A stretch of DNA of 64,000 nucleotides from a virus (taxonomy: Duplodnaviria > Caudoviricetes), in IMG/VR virus record IMGVR_UViG_3300021511_000252, positions 1-64,000 of that record. One strand, written 5' to 3'. The position numbers and the translations under genes are program-made. Under the pieces are notes generated by a model, which worked only from the letters and a program-made list of their open reading frames with translations, did not search any database and had not been told where the DNA came from. Shown here piece by piece: positions 32,704 to 41,172 of this stretch (position 1 is its first letter; each line of letters begins with the position of its first letter).

Positions 32704-34731
32704 GTGGTAACAATTTCTCATAAATATATTCCAGCGTATGAAGCATTAGCAAGAACCTTCTCCAAAAAAACAGGAACTAAGATTATTTGTAAAGGAGGAG
32801 GGTTTATGACTGATGGCAAAACAATTTGGATTCCTGATATTCCTGATGAATTAAATAAAGAACTTCGAGATCCTGCCCTTGCAGGAATTTTACACGAAAG
32901 CCAACACATTGTCCATACTTCCTTCAAAAAAGAATTAAGAAGCCGTAAAATCATTACACAATTCAAAGGTCTCTTTAACAACATAGAAGATATCCGAATA
33001 TATAAGTTAGGAAAAAAAGATTATTCTGGATATCAAAATCTTCAAGAAACAGGTCTTAATTTCATTAAAGACAAGATAATAATTCCAAGCCTACTCAACA
33101 ATTCCTCAAATAAAAATAAAAATCTACCTACCTTATTAGGAGGATGCCTCCAATATAGACAATCAGGAATAGATGATAGCTTCTTTCCTGCTTCTGTAAG
33201 AAAGATGGCAGATATAGCAGAAAAGGAACTTAAAAAAGTTAAATGGATTCCCGGAGAAAAGGGAGCCTCCCAGGCCGCTGACCTTACAGAGAAAATAGTA
33301 ATGCGACTTAAAGAGAAATTAGATAAAGAAGAAAAAACTTCTTCAGATAAAAGCCCAAATTCAAAAGAAAACGAAAGCAAAGAAAAAGAAAGCAAAGAAA
33401 AAGAAAGCAAAGAAAAAGAAGAAAAGTTTGACAATGAAAAAAACAAAAAAAATGAAGAAAATGGCCCCGAAGACAAAAAAGACGAAAAAGACAAAAAAGA
33501 CGAAAAAGAAAACGAAGAAGGAGAAGGAGCTCCAGAAAGTAAAGGGGAAGGAACTGAAGAAGAAGATAATAATAATGGTGAAAAAAAAGGTTCTTTTTCT
33601 AACAATAAAGAAAGCAAAGAAGATGAAGAAAATACCTCAAGAGAAAATGACGATAAGGGCCTTGCTGAAACTTTAATTGACTTCTTTAACGAAGATAATG
33701 AAGAAGAACCAGACAGTTTAATGGATCAACTCGAAAACTTTATAGAAGAAATCGTAAGAAAATTTAATGTAGATAACAATAAGCATGTTCCTTCTCCAGA
33801 AATTCTACCCTTTGATGAAGAAACTCACATAAAAGAATTTTATGAACAAAAAAAGAAAAGAGAAGGGGAACTTGCAGTCGCAAATCTAAAAACAGAATTT
33901 TCCGAAATCTCTTCTTTAATAGACCAACAAACACAACTTCTTAAATCAAAAATTTTACCTGTACTTTTAGCAGAAAAAAGAAGTTCTTTCATATTTGAAC
34001 AAGAAGAAGGGGAATTAGATAGTGCTCGAATATTCAGGATTCCTAATGGAGATTCTAAAGTATATAAGAAAAGAGTTCTTGGAAAAAAACTTAATACAGC
34101 TATATCTATTCTTTGCGATATTTCGGGGTCTATGGCTGGAAACAAAATGAGGATGTTACACCCCACTCTTCTTGTAATTGCAGATACGCTATTTGCCCTA
34201 AAGATTCCATTTGAAATATTGGCATTTTCTACAGATGGAGACAAAAATCTTTCTAAAAATTATCAGAAATTAAATGATTTGCAAAACAAGTTCTGGGGCA
34301 AAACCCTTTCCTCTGAAGACCTAATTTATAACCGTTTTTCTCCCCTTTTTCATCTTATCATTAAATCTTTTCCAGAAAATTATATTCAAGTAAGAGAACT
34401 TATTCCTCTTATAAACGCAATGAAGTCTAATGTAGATGGAGAAGCGGTTGAATGGGCCGCTAAAAGATTAGCCCGACAAAGAGAAGAAAGAAAAATTCTT
34501 ATGGTTCTTAGTGATGGAATGCCCGCAAACACAACTTCAGATTCTTATCTTCTTGAACGTCATTTAAAAGAAACCGTTAGAAAAATAGAAAAGACAGGAA
34601 TTGAAGTTTTAGGAGTAGGAATGCTAACCTCTGCACCTGGACAATTTTATACTTCCTCTGTTGTTATAAATTCTATAGACAAAATATCCGAAAATATATA
34701 TCGGGCCTTATTAGAGAAGCTTCGAAATTAA
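32704..34731 (+). CDS. cobT: CobT-like VWA protein with N-terminal HExxH-like domain and acidic linker
   Basis: LHESQHIVHT and FNNIEDIRI; MIDAS DISGSM, NVDGEAV, VLSDGMP. Confidence 0.88.
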   Translation: MVTISHKYIPAYEALARTFSKKTGTKIICKGGGFMTDGKTIWIPDIPDELNKELRDPALAGILHESQHIVHTSFKKELRSRKIITQFKGLFNNIEDIRIYKLGKKDYSGYQNLQETGLNFIKDKIIIPSLLNNSSNKNKNLPTLLGGCLQYRQSGIDDSFFPASVRKMADIAEKELKKVKWIPGEKGASQAADLTEKIVMRLKEKLDKEEKTSSDKSPNSKENESKEKESKEKESKEKEEKFDNEKNKKNEENGPEDKKDEKDKKDEKENEEGEGAPESKGEGTEEEDNNNGEKKGSFSNNKESKEDEENTSRENDDKGLAETLIDFFNEDNEEEPDSLMDQLENFIEEIVRKFNVDNNKHVPSPEILPFDEETHIKEFYEQKKKREGELAVANLKTEFSEISSLIDQQTQLLKSKILPVLLAEKRSSFIFEQEEGELDSARIFRIPNGDSKVYKKRVLGKKLNTAISILCDISGSMAGNKMRMLHPTLLVIADTLFALKIPFEILAFSTDGDKNLSKNYQKLNDLQNKFWGKTLSSEDLIYNRFSPLFHLIIKSFPENYIQVRELIPLINAMKSNVDGEAVEWAAKRLARQREERKILMVLSDGMPANTTSDSYLLERHLKETVRKIEKTGIEVLGVGMLTSAPGQFYTSSVVINSIDKISENIYRALLEKLRN

Positions 34732-34756
34732 TTAAATTAAGTAAGGGGGAATTAAT

Positions 34757-35533
34757 ATGACTGAAGATTTCGAGTATGGAACAAAGATGACTTTTTTATC
34801 CGATAAGGAAGCTGAAGCCTTTTTAAAAAAATATGATAAAATAATCCTCCTTGAATCTAAGAAAAAACCTAAAATTCACGGAATAACAACTGAAGATATG
34901 GCTCAAGAATGCAGAATGAAGTTGTTGGCGGGATTTCATTTATTTGATAAAGAGAAATCTTCAGAAAAAACTTGGGTGCTTACTGTTGTTAAAAGAACCC
35001 TTAATGGAATTTTAAACCAAGCCTTTAGAAAAAAGAGAACATGCTCAATCATAGAACAAGGTGATAACAATACAGAAATTCCAGTAAGAGACTATAGTTT
35101 TGAAAGATATAAAACTCATACAGCTAAAGATAAAACCAGAAGTTTAGAAGAAACATATACGGGACCTCCGGATGGAAGATCTGCTTTTGGTACAACTTCC
35201 TCTTTTACTTCCGAAGATTATCTTTTAGTGTTAGAAGCTTTACAGTTTCTGAAATCTAAGCTCCCCCAAGCTTCTTACGAAGCTATTAAAGAAGAAATTT
35301 TTCCAGAAATAGAAGAACAAATACATATTAATCCAAATTTAAAAGTTGAATATGAAATAAAGGAAGTAGAAGAATATAACAACATATGGACAATCTTTAC
35401 GCCTAATGCAAAAGAAAGCGAAATTAAAATCTTAAGTCAAATTGCAGATTTCTTCGTTCAAGTATTAGGATTTAATAAAGAAAAGATCTTAAATAGAACA
35501 AGTTCTCAAGATATTAAGCTTTCCGTATATTAA
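34757..35533 (+). CDS. phage RNA polymerase sigma factor (sigma70 region 2)
   Basis: EDMAQECRMKLLAGFHLFDKEKSSEKTWVLTVVKRTLNGILN matches the region-2 pattern DxxQE...FD..K..TW. Confidence 0.72.
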   Translation: MTEDFEYGTKMTFLSDKEAEAFLKKYDKIILLESKKKPKIHGITTEDMAQECRMKLLAGFHLFDKEKSSEKTWVLTVVKRTLNGILNQAFRKKRTCSIIEQGDNNTEIPVRDYSFERYKTHTAKDKTRSLEETYTGPPDGRSAFGTTSSFTSEDYLLVLEALQFLKSKLPQASYEAIKEEIFPEIEEQIHINPNLKVEYEIKEVEEYNNIWTIFTPNAKESEIKILSQIADFFVQVLGFNKEKILNRTSSQDIKLSVY

Positions 35534-35549
35534 AGAAAAAGGAGGCATT

Positions 35550-35840
35550 ATGGGCAAAGAAATAAATGATATCGCGAAAATACTGGCTGATATATATTTT
35601 TTAAAATTTGGAGGAAAATATAAGGGAAGATATAGTATAACCAGAAAAAATTTATTAAAAATGTCCAATAAACGCAGAATGAGTGAGAAGTTCATTAATG
35701 ATCTTAAACATACAATATTAGAAATGGGTTACGCAATGATTGAAGTGGATGAAACCTTTAAAATTATTGATTTAGATGTAATGGGTAATTATCGTAGAGT
35801 GCCTAAAAACATAGTGAACATTTTTGATAATATAGATTAG
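35550..35840 (+). CDS. hypothetical protein
   Basis: AGGAGG RBS; 96 aa. Confidence 0.75.
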   Translation: MGKEINDIAKILADIYFLKFGGKYKGRYSITRKNLLKMSNKRRMSEKFINDLKHTILEMGYAMIEVDETFKIIDLDVMGNYRRVPKNIVNIFDNID

Positions 35841-35907
35841 AAAGATAATAAAGATAACCATGCCCCCATAGACAAAAAAAAACAATAGATCTCTAAATAA
35901 GGTCAAT

Positions 35908-35945
35908 AAAGCCCCTAATTTGTAGATTAGATTAGGGGTTTTATT
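35908..35945 (+). terminator. intrinsic terminator of the plus-strand operon
   Basis: AAAGCCCCTAAT-N11-ATTAGGGGTTTT followed by T-rich tract. Confidence 0.85.
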
Positions 35946-36219
35946 TTGCCTAAAATTTGTGCCCTATTTTAAAAATCTATAAAGCCTCCAGACTGCCCAC
36001 AGTAACCACCTATATAAAAATACATACCAACATACTGCTTTTAATATTTGAGGCCACCTACGTTAGTCTGAGAGGCCTTCAGAATGGTATTAAATTTACA
36101 GCTACCCTTAAAATAAACTATAACAAAGCCACAGCCTTTAAATCGCCCTATTTTTAGCCCCTCAGGATGCACCACACGCCCCTCAAATTGTTAAGCCCTA
36201 TGCCTACCATGCCCTATTT

Positions 36220-36615
36220 TTAACGGAAAATTATTGAATTTAAACCAAACCCCTTATAGATCTTATCGGCCTCTTCTAAATCGGGTTCATCATAAGTAGT
36301 ATTTTTCCACAATGTCCCGCCTTCAACATAAATTAAATAAGATTCTTTAAACATTTTTCTTGCTTCATCTCTCCATTCTTTTTTAGGAGAAATAAGTGCT
36401 ACAATAACTATTAAACCTTGATCTTCAAATAAGGATGCAAGTTTTGCAATAGTTAAAATGTTTTGCCTTCTGCCTTCATCTGTAAAGTTAGATTTAATTA
36501 TTTTTCTAATTTCATCACCATCTAATACCAGAGAAGGGGGCAATAAAAGATTATGTAATTTATAAGCTAACGTAGTCTTACCTGCATTTGCTTTTCCTGT
36601 TATCCAGATTACCAT
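36220..36615 (-). CDS. cysC: adenylylsulfate-kinase-like P-loop kinase with shortened lid
   Basis: VIWITGKANAGKTTLA, LDGDEIR, RRQNI, VALISP; only 131 aa. Confidence 0.8.
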   Translation of the reverse strand: MVIWITGKANAGKTTLAYKLHNLLLPPSLVLDGDEIRKIIKSNFTDEGRRQNILTIAKLASLFEDQGLIVIVALISPKKEWRDEARKMFKESYLIYVEGGTLWKNTTYDEPDLEEADKIYKGFGLNSIIFR

Positions 36616-36665
36616 TTTACTTCCTCCTCCAAGTATTCCAATCCCTTACTGTGTCAATTCTTCTT

Positions 36666-36917
36666 TCACACTAACGGACATTTTTTAATCCACTCACACG
36701 ATTCACAACCCCAGCCAAGCCGGTCACAAGGCGGAAGCTCCATTTCTCCCTTCTCACCAGGCGGATCTGGTAATTCTTGCCAGTACAGAACCTCACAATC
36801 CCATTCCGAAGCCTCGATCCAATTATCACAGACATAATTGTCAATAACCCAGGCTGTATTTCCCTCAGTGTCTTTAGACAGCGTGAGTACGGATCGGCTG
36901 TTGTCTGGTGGGTTCAC
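36666..36917 (-). CDS. DUF551-like small protein
   Basis: VLYWQELPDPP motif. Confidence 0.6.
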   Translation of the reverse strand: MNPPDNSRSVLTLSKDTEGNTAWVIDNYVCDNWIEASEWDCEVLYWQELPDPPGEKGEMELPPCDRLGWGCESCEWIKKCPLV

Positions 36918-37057
36918 TTTATTTTATTTTAAATGTTATTGTAGTTTCGATATGGCTGGTAAAGATAAGGGCAAATACCCACCAAGATAATTCACCATAT
37001 ATGCATAGAATTACCCCAAATACGAGTGATACCAAAAAGAATGGATTGAACGAACAT

Positions 37058-37894
37058 TTATTTATCATTTCCCCCCTCCGGTGCGATCTGTTTATTATAT
37101 TTACCTCTAAAATACCCTTCTATTCCCCAATTTTTTGCCTTGCAAATCTCTACTATTAACTCACGATCTGTCATTTCGGGCAAACCTGGTTTCCATAATT
37201 CCCTTGATTCCGTGAAAAACCAGGCTCTTTCTTCATTTCGGTATGGACATGCTTCGCCGTTTGCCCATTTGTCAAAACATTCCGGATGGGGATGCGCATA
37301 AGCACCACGACGCATAAGTTCAATAGTAAGATCGGTAGGTAATTGGCCGAGAGTGATGGACGATAATAAACGGATTGATGGAAATTTGGAAAATTCGAGA
37401 TTCGCATACCTGAGATCCGCAGACCTGAGATCCGCATCACTGAGATCCGCATACCTGAGATCTGCACACCTGAGATCCGCAGACCTGAGATCCACATCAC
37501 TGAGATTTGCAGACCTGAGATTCGTAGACCTGAGATTTGCAGACCTGAGATCCGTAGACCTGAAATCCACATCACTGAGATTTGCAGACCTGAGATTCGC
37601 ATACCTGAAATCCGCATCGCTGAGATTCGCATACCTGAGATCCGCAGACCTGAAATCCACATCACTGAGATCCGCATACCTGAGATCCACAGACCTGAAA
37701 TCCGCATACCTGAGATCCGCATACCTGAGATCCGTATGCCTGAGATTCACATTTCTTAGATTCGCATTTCTCAGGTCTGCATCACTTAGATCCACACCAC
37801 TTAGATCCACAGACCCCTTTTCTGCCAGTTCCTTCACGGAACCCTCCCCCTCAATGATAACTTCACCTGTGTATCTGTTTCGTATTTTCGCCAT
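37058..37894 (-). CDS. pentapeptide-repeat protein with unique C-terminal domain
   Basis: About 25 (A/S/T)(D/N)L(R/S)x repeats, 15-bp periodicity; GGAG RBS. Confidence 0.95.
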   Translation of the reverse strand: MAKIRNRYTGEVIIEGEGSVKELAEKGSVDLSGVDLSDADLRNANLRNVNLRHTDLRYADLRYADFRSVDLRYADLSDVDFRSADLRYANLSDADFRYANLRSANLSDVDFRSTDLRSANLRSTNLRSANLSDVDLRSADLRCADLRYADLSDADLRSADLRYANLEFSKFPSIRLLSSITLGQLPTDLTIELMRRGAYAHPHPECFDKWANGEACPYRNEERAWFFTESRELWKPGLPEMTDRELIVEICKAKNWGIEGYFRGKYNKQIAPEGGNDK

Positions 37895-37956
37895 GATGAT
37901 GATGACTCCTTACTGTCTGAAGGCATAATGTGTTGCATGACTCTCCCCTTGGTGTT

Positions 37957-38223
37957 TCATGGCAACCCAACTTCTCTGGTAAATGTTATAGAATGGAAAA
38001 GACCATTACTGACTCTTTCAGGTGTAACAATCCGAATGAACTCGTTATCTAAATTAATATCTTCTAAATTAATGATGTCGCGCTCATCTACATCAAAAGC
38101 ACCACCCCCTCCAATCTGACCAAACCTCAATTTGCAATACCCATCTTCAGGTTCAAGTTTAGTTATGAATTTAACCGTTGCCATAGCTAATCGCAATTTT
38201 GTTTTCATCATCATCTTCTCCAT
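37957..38223 (-). CDS. hypothetical protein
   Basis: 88 aa ORF. Confidence 0.55.
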   Translation of the reverse strand: MEKMMMKTKLRLAMATVKFITKLEPEDGYCKLRFGQIGGGGAFDVDERDIINLEDINLDNEFIRIVTPERVSNGLFHSITFTREVGLP

Positions 38224-38283
38224 CTTCGATATCGTAAATACAATAGAATGCAGAAATATATGATCTGCTAATAATCCATCATA

Positions 38284-38478
38284 TCATTCCCCTTTGGCTA
38301 CTTTACATTCTACTAAATCACAGTAATGAGTTTGGGTGATTGAGTTAAAACTAATGATGTGTTCGACTTTTTCTATCAGCCATTCCTCTTCAAGTTGTAG
38401 TGATACCACTACTTCTCCCACTCGCGGGACAACGGATGATTTATATCTAAGTTTGTCTATAAGGATAATGTCCATCAT
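38284..38478 (-). CDS. hypothetical protein
   Basis: GAGGT RBS; VPRVGE...VEH pattern. Confidence 0.7.
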   Translation of the reverse strand: MMDIILIDKLRYKSSVVPRVGEVVVSLQLEEEWLIEKVEHIISFNSITQTHYCDLVECKVAKGE

Positions 38479-38532
38479 AGTTACCTCTTAAAATTGTGTG
38501 CGCCCCAAGCTTTGTGTACACGCCGCTATTTT

Positions 38533-38645
38533 TTCACTGTTAGGGATTTGAACCCATATCTAAGGATTATCGTATATTTTCAGGCCATGAACCCCTATCT
38601 TTTACGAACCACCCTTATATCCTTCCAGATTAGATGAGACAGCGA
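38533..38645 (-). ncRNA. tRNA-like RNA 2 with extended anticodon arm
   Basis: Acceptor TCGCTGT/ACAGTGA; D-like CATCTAATCTGGAAGGATA; anticodon stem TAAGG/CCTTA around 47 nt; T-loop GGG-TTCAAAT-CCC; enclosed by outer helix TGTGCGCCC/GGGCGCACA. Confidence 0.6.
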
Positions 38646-38660
38646 GGGCGCACAATTTGA

Positions 38661-38890
38661 TGTGGCAGCCAGGACTCGAACCTGGACGGGAGAGGCTTTA
38701 TTATCGTGGGGGAGTATAAACGCATTCTATTCCCACTTCCTGTTAATTCAGGCCCAGACCTCAAATTTATCAGGACGGTGTGTTTGCCCTATTCACCCCG
38801 ATAGCCATATACTCTACACTATCTGCGTCTACCAATGACAGGATGTTGGATATATATCCTATGTAACCTTGCCAATTCCGCTACTGCCAC
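38661..38890 (-). ncRNA. 230-nt tRNA-like RNA 1 with insertions in D-loop, anticodon loop and variable arm
   Basis: Acceptor GTGGCAG/CTGCCAC plus A73; perfect T arm CCAGG-TTCGAGT-CCTGG; D arm GCGGAA...TTGGTAGACGC; anticodon stem GATAG/CTATC. Confidence 0.8.
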
Positions 38891-39057
38891 ATACTGTAAA
38901 GATCAATCCTGCTACCCTCTACCCGATCCTCATGGCACAGAGACTCTTAGACTTATTTAATGAGAATCGTAATTTGATGATGAAATAACAACAATGCCAC
39001 AACAATTCTATTTTTGACAGCTAAATTTTTTATAAAAAATTTTCCACTTAGGAACTA

Positions 39058-39084
39058 TACGTTCGGACCAAATAAAAGGCGAGA
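39058..39084 (-). promoter_or_regulatory. bipartite motif (putative phage-sigma promoter) upstream of the tRNA-like RNAs
   Basis: TCTCGCCTTT-N10-GAACGTA. Confidence 0.6.
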
Positions 39085-39097
39085 GATTTAAAATCTG

Positions 39098-39505
39098 TTA
39101 CCAAGGAAGATCCTCCTCCTCATCCGTTACATCCCTTACATTAAAAGAAAGAGGGGGCCTTTCTTCTAATTCATCTATGGGAATAGAAGTATCCCCCCAA
39201 GGGTCAACAACTTCGATTATCTGATCTATCTGGTTACGAAAATGTTTAGGAAGATCTTCATTTTTAGCTAAATATTCTAAAACATAAGAACTCTCTTCAT
39301 ATCCTCTAAGAAGAGAAGAGATTTTTCTGCCGCTATGCTTACCAAATAAAAGGATCCCATCTTCAAGAGGTTTCTTCTTAGAAGGGGATAAGGGGATAGT
39401 TTCAAGAAGGGGTTTAGCTCTAAGGGAATATTTAATACGGCTATTTCTTTCTTCGTTTAGAGCTTCTGCTCTTTTTTCCACTTTTTTTATGTTGAATTTG
39501 CCCAT
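39098..39505 (-). CDS. small protein with FGKH.G motif (DUF3820 / ExoX C-terminal-like)
   Basis: LLFGKHSGRKISSLL...SYVLEYL. Confidence 0.7.
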   Translation of the reverse strand: MGKFNIKKVEKRAEALNEERNSRIKYSLRAKPLLETIPLSPSKKKPLEDGILLFGKHSGRKISSLLRGYEESSYVLEYLAKNEDLPKHFRNQIDQIIEVVDPWGDTSIPIDELEERPPLSFNVRDVTDEEEDLPW

Positions 39506-39980
39506 TGTTAGCTTCCTCCTTCTTCTTTCTCTTCTTTTTCTTCTTTTTCTTCTTTTTCATATCTAAGTATTTAAGAGTTTGAAGGGGATTAGTCTTTAAT
39601 CCTCTATAAACACTCATAAGGTAAATAAATTTATTATAAAGCCTTATAAGGTCTTTTCTTTCTTGAAATAAATTTTTACTCTTACAAAAGGAGATCATTT
39701 TTGAACGAGGTTTTGAAATGCAGATCGGATAATAAGAACAACCAATTTCTCTACAAATGTAAACTCTTCTCTTGAGAGCATCACAAGGCTTTCTGCAAAC
39801 TTTATGGCAAAGATAAATATGCTGCTGGTAACTTGAAGATCTAAGTTCACCTTTAGAATTTGTTTTAACTCCATCTGGATAACAAAACAAATGGTTCGTA
39901 TGTTTTTTTGAAAACGTGTTAATCTTTTTCCAGAGAATCTTTTTTAACTTTTCTACTCTTTCTTTATCTTCTTTTTTCAT
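39441..39980 (-). CDS. basic Cys-containing hypothetical protein
   Basis: CHKVCRKPC and CREIGC motifs; poly-Lys tract. Confidence 0.65.
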   Translation of the reverse strand: MKKEDKERVEKLKKILWKKINTFSKKHTNHLFCYPDGVKTNSKGELRSSSYQQHIYLCHKVCRKPCDALKRRVYICREIGCSYYPICISKPRSKMISFCKSKNLFQERKDLIRLYNKFIYLMSVYRGLKTNPLQTLKYLDMKKKKKKKKKRKKKEEANNGQIQHKKSGKKSRSSKRRKK

Positions 39981-40157
39981 TTAATCCTCTTCAAATTCTA
40001 AGATTGTAAAAATTCCCCCTGAATCTATACCCATCTCTATAGACATAAATTCCCTTCTTTCAAGTTCTTTAATGGAAAGTTTCTTTCCTGAAAGAATTTC
40101 CGCACAATAAAGTTCTCCTTCTGAATCTCTTTCATAAATTAAATATTTTTCTAGCAT
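39981..40157 (-). CDS. 58-aa hypothetical protein (not in ORF track)
   Basis: Fills the gap exactly; MLEKYLIYERDSEGELYCAEILSGKKLS... Confidence 0.6.
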   Translation of the reverse strand: MLEKYLIYERDSEGELYCAEILSGKKLSIKELERREFMSIEMGIDSGGIFTILEFEED

Positions 40158-40167
40158 CTTAATCTCT

Positions 40168-40887
40168 CTATAACTCAGGCTTATTTTTTAAAAAGAACTC
40201 TACTTTAGAACCCTGGTTCATAATTAATTTAAAAAGGGAACTTTCCTGATATCTGAACAGATTTTTTAATCCAGGATTTTTCTTGTACCTTTCCTCTTTT
40301 AAAAATAACCTAATTTCCTCAGGATCTTCTATTTTGCTTTTAACGATTTCTTTTGCCATAAGGGTTGCCGCATATCCTACTTGGGCTAGAACGAAAGCAT
40401 CAGCAGCATCATTATTAGAAATTTTAACACCATACCTATCTAAGATCTCTAACATTATTTGGTCTTTACTCTTTGCTTTAACCCATGCTTTAATAGTGAG
40501 AGGAGAAACTACAAGAAGAGGACTTTTCTTATAATAAAAAAGCCTTCTTAAAACGCCCCCTAATTCTCCTGCTAATTCTCTACCGAATCTAGCATTCATA
40601 GCATACCCCTCTATAACTACAAGGGGAGAAATATTTTCATAAAACCCCCTAATCTTTTTTTCAACATAAATGACCTTAGAAAATCCTTCACTAGGAGGTG
40701 AAATATTTCCCGTCTCAATCCAATTTTTTTTAGAAGGCTTCAAAAAACACCATCCTGTAGAACCCCTTGCAGGATCTATACCGAGAATCTCACTCTTATT
40801 ACAATACTTCTCTACAGCTCTTACTAGAAATTTAGAACCTTCTATAAAAGCCTTTCTCTGCTCAAGAACGCCTTTTGGCTTAGACAT
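40168..40887 (-). CDS. ruvC: RuvC-like Holliday junction resolvase
   Basis: ILGIDP, VVIEGYA, SPLTIKAWV, NNDAADAFVLA. Confidence 0.9.
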   Translation of the reverse strand: MSKPKGVLEQRKAFIEGSKFLVRAVEKYCNKSEILGIDPARGSTGWCFLKPSKKNWIETGNISPPSEGFSKVIYVEKKIRGFYENISPLVVIEGYAMNARFGRELAGELGGVLRRLFYYKKSPLLVVSPLTIKAWVKAKSKDQIMLEILDRYGVKISNNDAADAFVLAQVGYAATLMAKEIVKSKIEDPEEIRLFLKEERYKKNPGLKNLFRYQESSLFKLIMNQGSKVEFFLKNKPEL

Positions 40888-40899
40888 GAATTAGTCCTC

Positions 40900-41172
40900 T
40901 TAATTAATAACTTCAAAAATATGAAAAACTAAAGCTCCATTCCTCATTTGAAAAGTGTTTATAAATTTTAAACTCTCTACACCCTCCTCAATTTGATGTC
41001 CTGTTCCTACAAAACGAAAAATTCTAGTTTCTAACTCAGCTTCGGGATTTATTAACGCCCAAAGATAAGGAACTTCTTGCTGAACACCTACAGTTAAGAT
41101 TTTAGCTCCTCTAGGCAAATCCAATTCGAAATAGTCATTTATTTGAATTCTGTATTTGAATATTCTAAGCAT
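40900..41172 (-). CDS. conserved small phage protein
   Basis: IFKY...LPRGAKILTV...LWAL...GTGH...VFHIFE pattern. Confidence 0.8.
   Translation of the reverse strand: MLRIFKYRIQINDYFELDLPRGAKILTVGVQQEVPYLWALINPEAELETRIFRFVGTGHQIEEGVESLKFINTFQMRNGALVFHIFEVIN

Noticed and set aside
33042-33676. Ser/Phe-rich antisense ORF and Lys-rich +1 ORF
   Set aside because: Shadows of the low-complexity acidic linker in the CobT-like gene
37171-37928. RISG-repeat and LRSA-repeat ORFs
   Set aside because: Frame and antisense shadows of the pentapeptide gene's 15-bp periodicity
38661-38890. tmRNA or ordinary tRNA gene
   Set aside because: No G3:U70 or tmRNA-type ends and no tag ORF; D and anticodon arms are present, unlike tmRNA; no canonical 7-nt anticodon loop, so it is not a standard tRNA
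38930-39000. Third tRNA-like element (GTGGCA...TGCCAT pairing)
   Set aside because: Only a short possible end pairing; no recognisable T or D arm
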